The notes beneath the pieces are model-generated. The model was not told where the DNA came from and did no database searches. It was given only the letters and a program-made list of their open reading frames with translations. From NCBI GenBank assembly GCA_041673345.1, contig JBAYXX010000006.1, positions 5,357 to 69,356 of the forward strand: a DNA stretch of 64,000 bases, written 5' to 3'. Positions 1 through 9,377 of the stretch are shown here, in pieces. Source of the DNA: Kiritimatiellia bacterium (GTDB lineage: Bacteria > Verrucomicrobiota > Kiritimatiellia > RFP12 > UBA1067). The position numbers and the translations under genes are program-made. Position 1 is the stretch's first letter. Each line of letters opens with the position of its first letter.

Positions 1-2
1 TC

Positions 3-1382
3 ATGGATTTTGATGATCTGCTGGTGAATGGATTGCGCCTATTGACCGAGTGCGCGGATGTGCGCGCCCTTTATCAGCAGCAGTTCCGGCATGTGCTGGT
101 GGATGAGTATCAGGACACCAACCGGCTGCAGGCCAAGATTGTTGATATTCTGGCGGCTGGGTATAGGAATGTGATGGCAGTGGGTGATGACTTCCAGTGC
201 ATCTACTCCTGGCGCGGCGCTGACTTTAAAAACATCATGAATTTTCCAGAGCGCTGGCCTGGCTGCGCCATTGTGAAACTGGAACAGAATTACCGCAGTG
301 TACCTGAGATCCTGAGTGTGGCCAATGAAAGCATCAAAGGCAACCCGGATCAGTTTCAGAAGACGTTGCGTCCCACGCGCGCTTCCAAAAACAAGCCGCA
401 AGTTTTCTTTCTGCGCGATGGCAATGAGCAGGCCGGCGGGGTGCTTTCAATGATTAACCGCTATCAGGACGATGGCTACAAGCTGCGCGATATGGTGGTT
501 CTCTACCGCGCCCACTTTCACTCCATTGAGCTGCAGCTTACACTGGGGCGCAACGGGATTCCGTACTCCATCACCTCGGGAATCAGTGTTTTTGAACAAG
601 CGCATATCAAAGATGTTCTGGCCTTGCTGCAGTTGATTATCAATCCGCGAGATTTTATCGCGTTCACGCGCCTGATATGTTTGTTGAGCGGAGTCGGCAA
701 GAAGACATCCGAGCGACTGTGGGAAAAACTGGGTCGCTCGTTCCAGTTGGCAGATCCTGTCCAACGTGCGACTCTCTTGAAAAACCTGCGGCCCGCCGCT
801 CTCCGGCAGTGGGAGGAGGTCGACACAGCCCTGGCGGATATCTACGACCGAGGTGTCGCTGAACAAGGCCGTGCAGTTATCGAGGGCTTTTGTAATGCCT
901 TTTACACAGAGTATCTCAATTTAACCTATGATAACGCCGATAAACGAGGCGAGGATATTGAAGAGCTGACCCTGCAGATTGCGAGTTCGCCCAAGCTGGA
1001 GGATTTTCTGCATGAGGTGGCATTGCTGACTAATGTGGATCATCAGTTTGATAAAGACGCACGCAGCGACGAGGACAAGATCCATCTGAGCACGATTCAC
1101 CAAGCCAAAGGGCTGGAGTGGCCGGTGGTCTTTGTTATCTGGATGGTGGAGGGGATGTTTCCCTCAGCGCGCGCGATTGGAGAGAGTGAGGATGACCGTG
1201 AGGAACGGCGGCTGTTTTATGTGGCTGTCACCCGCGCACAGAATGAGCTGGTTTTGATGTCGCCCCGCATGCGCCGTTTGTACGACGGAGGAGTTATGCC
1301 CTGCGATGTGTCACGGTTTATCAAGGAGATCCGTCCGGAACTGATGCGCACCCGGCATGGAATGCCTTACTATGAATTCTGA
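3..1382 (+). CDS. ATP-dependent DNA helicase, UvrD/PcrA/Rep family (5' partial, N-terminus lies upstream of the window)
   Basis: ORF is open from the window edge. Superfamily-1 helicase motifs are present: VDEYQDTN, VGDDFQCIYSWRGA, QNYRS, TIHQAKGLEWPVVF, RRLFYVAVTRA. Confidence 0.9.
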   Translation: MDFDDLLVNGLRLLTECADVRALYQQQFRHVLVDEYQDTNRLQAKIVDILAAGYRNVMAVGDDFQCIYSWRGADFKNIMNFPERWPGCAIVKLEQNYRSVPEILSVANESIKGNPDQFQKTLRPTRASKNKPQVFFLRDGNEQAGGVLSMINRYQDDGYKLRDMVVLYRAHFHSIELQLTLGRNGIPYSITSGISVFEQAHIKDVLALLQLIINPRDFIAFTRLICLLSGVGKKTSERLWEKLGRSFQLADPVQRATLLKNLRPAALRQWEEVDTALADIYDRGVAEQGRAVIEGFCNAFYTEYLNLTYDNADKRGEDIEELTLQIASSPKLEDFLHEVALLTNVDHQFDKDARSDEDKIHLSTIHQAKGLEWPVVFVIWMVEGMFPSARAIGESEDDREERRLFYVAVTRAQNELVLMSPRMRRLYDGGVMPCDVSRFIKEIRPELMRTRHGMPYYEF

Positions 1383-2172
1383 GCCATGGCTGAGAAGTCA
1401 GAAGTCAGGAGTCAGGAGTCAGGATCTCCGTGCGTCCGTTGATACCGACACCGATAACGCCCCAAGCTCTAGTACAAAGCAAAGCCCAGGTGATTCGTTC
1501 GCGGGCAATGTGGGAGGGGCATCCTGCCCCTCGGCAGCCTTAGAGGGGCTGGAAGCCCCTCCCACGTTGGATAGAGAAATCAGAGAAATCAGTGCCTGAC
1601 CCTAAGTGCGAGAAATCAGTGCCTGACCCTAAACAGTGCTTAAGCTACGACTAAGTGATTGAGTTATAAGATAAGCCCGCCGCGAGTTACACAGTGAAAG
1701 GCACGCCCTGGGATGTAGGGTTGCTTCTCTGAAGCAATTGCGGATGCCGGTCAGGTGTTCGCCAAAGGCGAGTCATAAGGTTTCATGATCTTTGATTGGC
1801 TCATAGAGCCAACCCTACATTTACAGCCCGAATGGAACTTGCCTTGTCGTTCGGTGTCGCTCATAGAGCGACTACTACACATGCGCTGCGCTTCGAAATG
1901 CAAGCCGTGTCGTTCGTGTAGTAGCCGCTCTATGAGCGGCATCGCTTGACGAGGATGTGCGACGATGCTGGCTGACGATTCCCCGCATGTTCCCAATCGT
2001 CGGCCTCGCAGTGCACTGCGAAAAACGATGGAATAACTCGACCAAATGACTGGAAAAGACAAGGTTCGAGACAAGGTTCGAGACAAGGATCGAGACAAGG
2101 ATCGAGACAAGGATCGAGACAAGGTTCGAGACAAGGTTCGAGATAAGGATAGCATTAATAATAGGAGCACAA
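1383..2172. repeat. Mosaic intergenic repeat block R1 (modules A, B, D plus 7-nt and 12-nt tandem tracts)
   Basis: Shares long near-identical segments with 17305-18045, 34897-35322, 41164-41670 and 56816-57874. Examples are gtgaaagg..gtagggttgcttc..ttggctcatagagccaaccctaca at 1694-1822 and cgacgatgctgg..cccaatcgtc at 1958-2002. Confidence 0.85.
2058..2153 (+). repeat. 12-nt tandem array, about 8 units of gacaagGTtcga / gacaagGAtcga
   Basis: Direct reading: eight head-to-tail units. The array ends 20 nt before the galM ATG. Confidence 0.95.
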
Positions 2173-3288
2173 ATGGATACAATTACTTTTCTTAATGGTT
2201 TTGCGCTGCTGAGCTTGATTGGCATGGCTACCTGTTGTGGCTGTTGTACAACTCCTGTAGTCAAGGTCCCGGCTTTCAGCTCAATCAACGAGTACAGTCT
2301 CATAAACTTGAATGGGGTAGAGGTGCGGTTGACCAACTATGGCGCCAGGCTCGTTTCCATCAAGGTGCCAGACCGCAATGGCAAGTTTGCTGACATCCTA
2401 CTCGGACACAACAGCGCCGAGGAGTATATCAACGCCGGGGATCGTCCGTACTTCGGCAGTGTTGTCGGACGCTATGGCAACCGGATTGCTGGAGGCAGAT
2501 TCACATTGGAGGGCAAAGAGTACACTCTTGCGACCAACAATGGTGAGAACCATCTGCATGGTGGCAACATGGGCTATGACAAGCTGGTCTGGGATGCTGC
2601 AGTCAGCAACAGCAGCGTGATCTTCTCCCTGACCTCCTATGATGGGCAGGAGGGTTATCCCGGCGAGCTGAAGATCAAGGTGACATACACCTTGACAGAA
2701 GCGAATGAGCTGAAGATCTTTTATCAGGCAACGACAGACAAGGCAACACCGATCAATCTAACCAACCACGCCTACTTTAACCTTGCTGACGAAGGCGCAC
2801 CAACCATTCTGGAGCATGAACTGATGCTCAATGCCGACACATTCACCCCAGTGGATGCAACCCTCATCCCGACCGGCGAATTTCGGCCAGTGAAAGGCAC
2901 CCCATTTGATTTCACCACTGCCAAAGCGATTGGGCGGGATATTGCGCAAAAGGACACCCAGCTCGAGTATGGCAACGGCTATGATCACAACTTTGTGCTG
3001 AACAAGGGGGTAAGCGACCTAGCATTGGCGGCAACTCTGTATGAGCCCAAGAGCGGGCGCTGTATGGAGACCTTTACTGAGGAGCCGGGAGTGCAGTTTT
3101 ACAGCGGCAACTTCCTGACCGGCTGCCTGACAGGCAAATCCGGCAAAAAGTATCCCTTTCGCAGTGGACTCTGTCTTGAGACCCAGCACTTTCCTGATAG
3201 CCCGAACCAGAAGAATTTTCCATCGACAATCCTGAGGCCCGGGGAGAAGTACCAGACCACCACAGTGTATAAGTTCTCGATCAGGTGA
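2173..3288 (+). CDS. galM: Aldose 1-epimerase (galactose mutarotase), probably exported
   Basis: 371 aa. Mutarotase signatures NGENHLHGG, LTNHAYFNL and GLCLETQHFPDSPN. Hydrophobic Cys-rich N-terminus LLSLIGMATCCGCC. SD aggag upstream of the ATG. Confidence 0.9.
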   Translation: MDTITFLNGFALLSLIGMATCCGCCTTPVVKVPAFSSINEYSLINLNGVEVRLTNYGARLVSIKVPDRNGKFADILLGHNSAEEYINAGDRPYFGSVVGRYGNRIAGGRFTLEGKEYTLATNNGENHLHGGNMGYDKLVWDAAVSNSSVIFSLTSYDGQEGYPGELKIKVTYTLTEANELKIFYQATTDKATPINLTNHAYFNLADEGAPTILEHELMLNADTFTPVDATLIPTGEFRPVKGTPFDFTTAKAIGRDIAQKDTQLEYGNGYDHNFVLNKGVSDLALAATLYEPKSGRCMETFTEEPGVQFYSGNFLTGCLTGKSGKKYPFRSGLCLETQHFPDSPNQKNFPSTILRPGEKYQTTTVYKFSIR

Positions 3289-3995
3289 GGTAACCTGTGT
3301 TTCTGTTTGATTAATTGTTCTTTCCAAAGGGCAAGACAAACATGCTGGTCCTTAAAAATATGTTGTCGACGGGCTAATCCTAATCGCCATCTTAATCTCA
3401 ATCCTTATCTCTTTAGACCGGCCACAGGCGGACGTTGTTGGATTAAGATTATGATTAGGGTTGTGATTAGGATTAGGATTAGGGTTTTCTAGGGACAGGC
3501 ACTGATTTTCTCCTAGGGCGCGCCTTTCACGAGCCTGGAGCAAAATGCCGCTCGTAGAGCGGCTACTACACCAAACGACAACCCTTACACTCCGCAATGC
3601 AGCGCATGTGTAGTAGTCGCTCTACTAGCGACATCGGCCGACGATGGTGTGCGACGATGTTGATGGACGATTGGGATCATGCGGAAAATCGTCCACCAGC
3701 ATCGTCGCCGCCATCGTAAACCGGAGGCACTGCTGACCTTAGTAGCACCGGTTTCCAACCGGACAGTCCGATTAGAAATCGGACCTACAATGAAGTACCT
3801 CAAGCTTCCAGCTTGAATGAAAATGTTTTCTGTAAGCAAGATGCTTGCACTACTCCATTATCACTTTTACAGTAACGTCTCAATAACCCGCTTCGAAACA
3901 GCCTAAAGGCTGGACAACAAGCCTTACGTAGCAGCCGTTTGTTGTTCACGCTTCAGCGTGCTCTTTGTTCTCTGACTCGTCATTGAGAATTTACC
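3289..3995. repeat. Mosaic intergenic repeat block R2
   Basis: Contains modules A (3608-3720) and C (3745-3790), the gcaagcaag..tcacttttacagtaac.tctcaataacccgctt module (3826-3900, also at 5706-5770), and the ttggaaagaacaattaat module in reverse (3302-3330). Confidence 0.85.
3374..3486. repeat. Imperfect long hairpin made of (NNAATC)n and (GATTNN)n hexamer arms
   Basis: Left arm is ctaatcctaatcgccatcttaatctcaatccttatc (3374-3409). Right arm is gattaagattatgattagggttgtgattaggattaggattaggg (3441-3484). It lies 86 nt after the galM stop. Confidence 0.85.
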
Positions 3996-4499
3996 TTAGT
4001 TAGCTTCAATGCGCTTGACCTCTGATCTCTCGGGCAGTGCTGCCAGGAGTGTTGCCACAGTCGCGGTTTGTCCGGGAACAATGAACTTTGGGTTCAACTC
4101 TGCCAGAGGCTGTAGAACAAAACGACGCAGGTGTGCGCGAGGATGCGGAAGGGTCAGATTGGAGTCAGAGCTGATGATATTGTCGAAGGTGATAATATCA
4201 ATGTCAATGGTTCGCGGCTGATTGGGTGTTTGTCTGACTCGTAGGAGCTGCTCTTCAATTTGATGCACGGCATTTGAAAACTGCTGGGAGGTGAGTTCGG
4301 TTTCAATGATTAACACCGCATTGATAAAGGCCTTGTTTCGGTGCTCGGCGGCAACCTCTACCGGCTCGCTTTCATACAGCGATGAACAGCGTTTCAGCTT
4401 TGTTTTAGGCAGAGCGGCCAGGGCTTGCACGGCTTGGGCGAGCCAGCCTTTGCGGTCACCGAGATTGCTGCCAATTGAGAGAATTGCGGTGTGTGGCAT
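3996..4499 (-). CDS. folK: 2-amino-4-hydroxy-6-hydroxymethyldihydropteridine diphosphokinase (HPPK)
   Basis: 167 aa. HPPK motifs SIGSNLGDR, RTIDIDII and LTLPHPRAHLRRFVL. Confidence 0.9.
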   Translation of the reverse strand: MPHTAILSIGSNLGDRKGWLAQAVQALAALPKTKLKRCSSLYESEPVEVAAEHRNKAFINAVLIIETELTSQQFSNAVHQIEEQLLRVRQTPNQPRTIDIDIITFDNIISSDSNLTLPHPRAHLRRFVLQPLAELNPKFIVPGQTATVATLLAALPERSEVKRIEAN

Positions 4500-4801
4500 T
4501 GCTTTGCTCTGTAAATGACTGTCTATAACTTGATCACCTGGTTATGGTTCGTCTCTGCAACTCGGGGGCGCATCTGTGAATTGGTGCATATTACCGGATA
4601 ACCTTCGAAGTCACTGTTGTCCACCGCATAGCGGAGGACATACTTATATTGCAACCAAAGTAAATCCGCCGTTACACGGTGGATTATTGCGCCGATTCGC
4701 AGGTGCGCCCGGATGGCGGTAATACCTTGTCTCGAACCTTGTCTCTTTCGCCCATCCCAGATCATCGCTGCTTGATTAGGATTACGATTAACAGTTAACA
4801 A

Positions 4802-5611
4802 TTAGATAGCCTCAAACCCGAGCACATGCCGCATGGTATAGATGCCCGGGTGGCGGCTGGCAAGCCAGATGGCAGCGCGCAGGGCTCCTTTGGCAAAGGC
4901 TTTACGTGAGACGGCTTTGTGGGTGATTTCGACACGCTCCTCATCGGCCACAAACATTACAGTATGGTCGCCCACCACCGAACCGCCGCGCAGAGCGTGG
5001 ATCGCGATCTCACCCGAGGGGCGCTCGCCGGTGATACCCTCACGTCCGTAGCAGACCACCTCTGAGAGGTTGACCTCGCGCCCCTGCGCCACTGCCTCAG
5101 CCAGCCCCAGAGCGGTTCCGCTGGGAGCATCCTTCTTGTGTTTGTGGTGCATCTCGACGATCTCGGCATCATAGTCATCCCCCAAAACAGAGGCTGATCG
5201 GCGCACCAGCTCCAGCAATAGGTTGATTCCCAAACTCATGTTGGGCGCCCAGACCACTGCGATATGCGCGGATGCGTCCACAACCGACTGCTTCTCCTGC
5301 TCAGTGAGCCCTGTGGTTCCAAGAACATAACCCTGCTTAAACCTCCGTGCATTGGCTAGGTTGGCCGTGACACAGGTGTGGAAGGTGAAGTCAATGATTA
5401 CCTCCGCACTCTCCGGCCACTCCGTGGTATACGTCAAGGTGCCTGGCACTGCGTCGGAGCTGATATTGGTAAACGCCTTAACAGTTTGGCCAACGGCGGG
5501 GTGGTCAACACGTTCGCAGGCCGCGACAATTTCACAACCGCTGACCGCTCCCGCGCACTCCAGCAGGTTGTATCCCATCCGTCCAGCGGCACCTAGTATA
5601 GCGATTTTCAT
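4802..5611 (-). CDS. dapB: 4-hydroxy-tetrahydrodipicolinate reductase
   Basis: MKIAILGAAGRMG dinucleotide fold and EMHHKHKKDAPSGTA motif. I moved the start to ATG 5611 because the sequence from 5619 upward is a dispersed repeat that also occurs reversed at 45155-45230. Confidence 0.9.
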   Translation of the reverse strand: MKIAILGAAGRMGYNLLECAGAVSGCEIVAACERVDHPAVGQTVKAFTNISSDAVPGTLTYTTEWPESAEVIIDFTFHTCVTANLANARRFKQGYVLGTTGLTEQEKQSVVDASAHIAVVWAPNMSLGINLLLELVRRSASVLGDDYDAEIVEMHHKHKKDAPSGTALGLAEAVAQGREVNLSEVVCYGREGITGERPSGEIAIHALRGGSVVGDHTVMFVADEERVEITHKAVSRKAFAKGALRAAIWLASRHPGIYTMRHVLGFEAI

Positions 5612-5954
5612 AGTTTTTCCTTTAGTTGCTATTCTCTCAACTCCGTCACAAAACAAGAAGTTCAGATAGCCATTTTCATAAGTTGTTGAGTGAAAATATT
5701 CTTTGCAAGCAAGCAGCTTGCACTATTTCACTATCACTTTTACAGTAACTTCTCAATAACCCGCTTTGAAGCAGCCTTCCGTCTTCGCGCTTCGCAACTA
5801 CGCCGAACACGGAAAGCCTGTACTACAAACTTCGTTTCCCCAAACGCATAGCGTTTGTTACTAAAGCAGCGGGCTCATAATCACAAACTTTTCAGTGAGG
5901 GCAAAGACCTTTCACACATCACACAAACTCATTTGGTTGCGGCGACTAGCTGCT
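5612..5954. repeat. Mosaic intergenic repeat block R4
   Basis: 5619-5692 matches the reverse complement of 45155-45230. 5706-5770 matches 3826-3900. 5837-5878 (ccaaacgcatagcgtttgttactaaagcagcgggctc) matches 21228-21270 and the reverse of 45080-45120. Confidence 0.85.
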
Positions 5955-6824
5955 TTAGAGCAGTCCAGCACTTTGCAGGGCGCACGAGAGTTTTTGGCGA
6001 TCCTCTGAGGCGAGTTTGCAGAGTGGCAGGCGGTAAATTTCGTGGATCTTACCCATCATAGCCAACGCCGATTTCACAGGGATCGGGTTGGTATCAATAA
6101 AAAGGGTGGCAAACAGCGGGTAGTTAGCACGATGCAGCTCCAATGCTTTAACGAAATCGCCATCCAGCGCGAGCCGCACCATACGGGACACTGCTTGCGG
6201 TATGATGTTAGCTGCCACGCTTATCACACCGGCGGCGCCGACACTGAGCATAGGGAGCGCCAAGCTGTCATCACCCGAGACAACGGTGATGTCACAGATA
6301 TTACGGATCGCGCTGACGCGCTCCACGCTGCCGCCCGCCTCTTTTACAGCCACGATTTTGGGATGGCTTGCCAGACGCTGAATCACGCTGAGGGGAATCT
6401 CCCGGGAAGTCCGCCCCGGGACATTGTAAAGAACCACAGGCACGCCCAGATCAGCGATGGCTGTAAAGTGCTGATAAAGCCCCTCCGCGTTAGGCTTGTT
6501 ATAGTATGGGGTCACCTGCAACGTGGCATCAACACCCATGCCCAGCAGCTCTTGAGTGAGCGAGATGGCTTCACTGGTTGAGTTTGCACCAGTGCCTGCG
6601 ATGATCTGCACTTTGCCAGCGGCAGCTTCAACTGTGGTGGCGATCACTTTCAGGTGTTCATCGACCTCAAGTGTGGGTGATTCACCAGTGGTGCCAACAG
6701 GGACGAGGCCTTCGACTCCATTTTCAACCTGCCACTGGACGAGTTGCCGCAGTGCGCCGTAATCAACACTCTGGTCTTGGTTAAACGGGGTTACGATCGC
6801 TGTGTATGTTCCTGATAAAGTCAT
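5955..6824 (-). CDS. dapA: 4-hydroxy-tetrahydrodipicolinate synthase
   Basis: DapA pattern VPVGTTGES, YNVPGRT and VAVKEAGG (Schiff-base Lys region). Internal ATG 6824 (MTLSGTYTAIVTPF) gives the typical length. Confidence 0.9.
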   Translation of the reverse strand: MTLSGTYTAIVTPFNQDQSVDYGALRQLVQWQVENGVEGLVPVGTTGESPTLEVDEHLKVIATTVEAAAGKVQIIAGTGANSTSEAISLTQELLGMGVDATLQVTPYYNKPNAEGLYQHFTAIADLGVPVVLYNVPGRTSREIPLSVIQRLASHPKIVAVKEAGGSVERVSAIRNICDITVVSGDDSLALPMLSVGAAGVISVAANIIPQAVSRMVRLALDGDFVKALELHRANYPLFATLFIDTNPIPVKSALAMMGKIHEIYRLPLCKLASEDRQKLSCALQSAGLL

Positions 6825-6974
6825 AAGAATCCTTGTGTTTTGCCTTGTATTATGGGCTAAAACGTGTGTTAAGGTCAACAATAAAGGGTTCTATGCCGCA
6901 GTTACTATTATTTCGCTTTGCATCAGGCCGCCCAAGATAGTATGATAAACGTTATTAATTAAGAAAGATTTCCA

Positions 6975-7301
6975 ATGAAGATATGTCCTTATTGCGCTGA
7001 AGAAATTCAGGATGCTGCAATTAAATGCAAGCACTGTGGTGAATTTCTGGATGAACGCGCCCAGCCAGCCTTGCCCGACAACACGATACCGTGGTACTAC
7101 CGCACAACTTTTATTGTGATCGCTCTCTGCTGTGTCGGCCCGCTGGCCCTGCCGCTGCTATGGTTATGCCCGCAGGCCTCACAGGTTGCTAAAGCTGTTT
7201 GGACAGCCATCATTCTTATCATAACCTATGTCTCCATCATCGCTATGGGTAAACTTGTAGGAACCATCGAACAGTTTTACCAGCAGATGAACGCATTTTA
7301 A
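6975..7301 (+). CDS. Small membrane protein with an N-terminal zinc ribbon (hypothetical)
   Basis: 108 aa. CPYC..CKHC zinc ribbon followed by two hydrophobic helices. Confidence 0.6.
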   Translation: MKICPYCAEEIQDAAIKCKHCGEFLDERAQPALPDNTIPWYYRTTFIVIALCCVGPLALPLLWLCPQASQVAKAVWTAIILIITYVSIIAMGKLVGTIEQFYQQMNAF

Positions 7302-7329
7302 TTTTACAATTTACAGAAAGGACACGCCG

Positions 7330-8442
7330 TTGCACAACATAGAAATAGTCGCGACACCAAATAGACTTCAAGAGGTTACCAACCTGATTCTTCAAACCTC
7401 AGCCGTGGCTGTTGACACTGAATTCTTCTGGGAAAGAACATTCTACCCAATTTTAGGGCTGGTGCAGCTGGCCACTGCTGATGGTGCCTGCTGGTTGGTT
7501 GATACTGTTAAGATTCCGGATATCAGCGCGCTAGCGCAGCTGCTGGAGTGTGAGAGAGTCACCAAAGTTCTGCACGATGCGCCGCAAGATCTCGGCATTT
7601 TGGCACAGGCCACCAATGCGTCGCCGCGCCAAATTTTTGACACCCGAGTCGCGGCTGGCTTCGCGGGCTTTGAGTCAACCTGCTCCCTGCAATCCCTATT
7701 GCGTGAGACCCTCAAGGTCGAAATATCAAAAGATGAGACGCGCTCCAACTGGCTCCATCGTCCGCTCAACGAAAACCAGGTGCGCTATGCTGCGGACGAT
7801 GTTTTACACCTGCTGCCGCTCAGAGAGCACCTGATCCGGTCCTGTTCCAGCGACACTGTGCGTGAGTGGCTGGAAGAGGAGTGCATACAGTTGAACAACC
7901 CGAATGTCTATCAGGAACGTGACCCACGTATGATGTATCTGCGAGTCAAAGGCAACTCGCGCCTGAACGCACGCCAGCTCGCCGTCCTGCGGGAGATCAC
8001 AGCGTGGCGCGAAGAGGTGGCCCACCAGCGTGACTGGCCGCGCGGCCATGTGTTACGTGATTCGCTACTAATTGATATAGCGTACCTGACCCCCTCCGAT
8101 GTTGCGACTTTAATGGATTTGCCGGGTTTTCCGCAGAGAATGCCAGCCGAAGTGGTGGCCGCCCTGCTGGATGCCGTGGAAACCGGCACTGAGCTGCCTG
8201 ATAAGCTGTGCCCGCAGCCAGACGAAATCACATTTGCCACCCGCCGTTCGTTCCAATCCCGCGCCAAACGATTACTCGACCAAATCCGCCAAAGGTGCGC
8301 CCAACATGGGATTGACCCCGCACTCGTAGCCTCCCGCTCTGATGTGGAGTCTTTACTCGTGTGCGATCATGCCGACAGGCGGCCGCACCGCCTGACACAA
8401 GGGTGGCGTAAGATAATGCTGGAGGGTCTGGATTATAACTAA
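7330..8442 (+). CDS. rnd: Ribonuclease D
   Basis: DEDD exonuclease motifs AVDTEF, HDAPQDL and YAADDVLHL, plus an HRDC-like C-terminal half. TTG start as given in the track. Confidence 0.85.
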   Translation: MHNIEIVATPNRLQEVTNLILQTSAVAVDTEFFWERTFYPILGLVQLATADGACWLVDTVKIPDISALAQLLECERVTKVLHDAPQDLGILAQATNASPRQIFDTRVAAGFAGFESTCSLQSLLRETLKVEISKDETRSNWLHRPLNENQVRYAADDVLHLLPLREHLIRSCSSDTVREWLEEECIQLNNPNVYQERDPRMMYLRVKGNSRLNARQLAVLREITAWREEVAHQRDWPRGHVLRDSLLIDIAYLTPSDVATLMDLPGFPQRMPAEVVAALLDAVETGTELPDKLCPQPDEITFATRRSFQSRAKRLLDQIRQRCAQHGIDPALVASRSDVESLLVCDHADRRPHRLTQGWRKIMLEGLDYN

Positions 8443-8522
8443 GGCATAAGAGGTGGAAGAGTCTCTGCGCTCCGTGGTTAAAAATCAGCAGAGCGCACCC
8501 TCTTAGCACACAGCAAAGCCGT

Positions 8523-9377
8523 TTACGCGCGGCCTTTGGCGCACAGGAAATCAAAACCGCCGCGGATTTTATCCAAGGTGTTAGGATCAGCTTCGCTCTC
8601 AACAATATACCATTCGAGCACATCTTTTTCCACCGCCACAAAAAGGCTGTCCCAATCAACGCCCTTGACACCCTCGGGCACCTGACCGAGAATCCCAGGA
8701 CCAGGATAGACCTCTTTGGCGTGTAGGGTTCGGCTGCGATTAGGATATTTGGCGAGCCAGAAGACCGGGTCCTCGCCTGCCGCCACCACATGTCCGACAT
8801 CCATCTGTGTGCAAACCAGCGGCGAGGCGTTGTCGTAGATCAGCTCCCACATGCACTTGCCATCTGGGTACTTATCCTTGAATTCATGCTGATGGTTGTG
8901 GTAGCCGACGTACATGCCAGACTCCTTCGCGGTTTCAGCGGCCACCGAAAGTTCAGCTGCAATCTTTTTACATCCATCTGCGGTTTTAGGTCGCCCGACA
9001 TGCGGCACCATCAGATATTTATTGCCAATGGCGCAGTTGTAATCAATGGTCTCCTGAATTTTATCCGGCGTCAGGGTGCCCATGCCAGTGTGTGTGCCGC
9101 AGGCCAGCAGGCCGTGATCATCGAGCAACTGCCGCAGCTCTTTAGCGCTCTTGCCATAGTAGCCGGCAAACTCAACACCTGCATAGCCGATCGTTTTGAT
9201 CCCAGTCAGCGCTCCTGGCAGATCTTTTTTACAGTATCCGCGGATGGAGTACAACTGAACACCCACCTGGGGTTTACGCTTGCCAGGGATCAACATGCCC
9301 GCCCGCGCCAGCGCGGGGAAGGCTGCGACAGCCGTGGCCCCTGCTTTGATAAAATTACGACGTGAGAAAATTTTCAT
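8523..9377 (-). CDS. Sugar phosphate isomerase/epimerase (xylose isomerase-like TIM barrel), TAT-exported
   Basis: Twin-arginine signal RRNFIKAGATAVAAFPALARA. GYAGVEF, HNHQHEF and DVGH metal-site pattern. Confidence 0.75.
   Translation of the reverse strand: MKIFSRRNFIKAGATAVAAFPALARAGMLIPGKRKPQVGVQLYSIRGYCKKDLPGALTGIKTIGYAGVEFAGYYGKSAKELRQLLDDHGLLACGTHTGMGTLTPDKIQETIDYNCAIGNKYLMVPHVGRPKTADGCKKIAAELSVAAETAKESGMYVGYHNHQHEFKDKYPDGKCMWELIYDNASPLVCTQMDVGHVVAAGEDPVFWLAKYPNRSRTLHAKEVYPGPGILGQVPEGVKGVDWDSLFVAVEKDVLEWYIVESEADPNTLDKIRGGFDFLCAKGRA

Noticed and set aside
2058-2153. A tRNA-like T-loop motif (ggttcga) recurring in the 12-mer array.
   Set aside because: It is part of a perfect tandem repeat. 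No acceptor or anticodon stems can be drawn. I found no tRNA, rRNA or tmRNA-like sequence anywhere in the window.
1751-2336. ORFs inside repeat blocks encoding low-complexity peptides, such as LSRSLSRSLSRT, NPNHNPNHNLNP, IKIMIRVVIRIRIR and DKVRDKVRDKDRDKDR.
   Set aside because: The peptide periodicity simply mirrors the 6- or 12-nt DNA repeats. Variable positions fall on codon positions 1-2 rather than the wobble position, starts and SD sequences are absent or inconsistent, and copies differ by frame-breaking indels.
3441-3486. A telomere-like TTAGGG/GATTAG repeat.
   Set aside because: It is internal to a bacterial chromosome segment, arranged as inverted arms, and has variable dinucleotides. 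It is better explained as the hexamer-hairpin module.
4500-4801. Possible small RNA gene between dapB and folK.
   Set aside because: I could only identify one short hairpin (ccaccgtgtaacggcgg) and fragments of the tandem-tract modules. There is no promoter/terminator pair and no resemblance to SRP, 6S, RNase P or tmRNA motifs.
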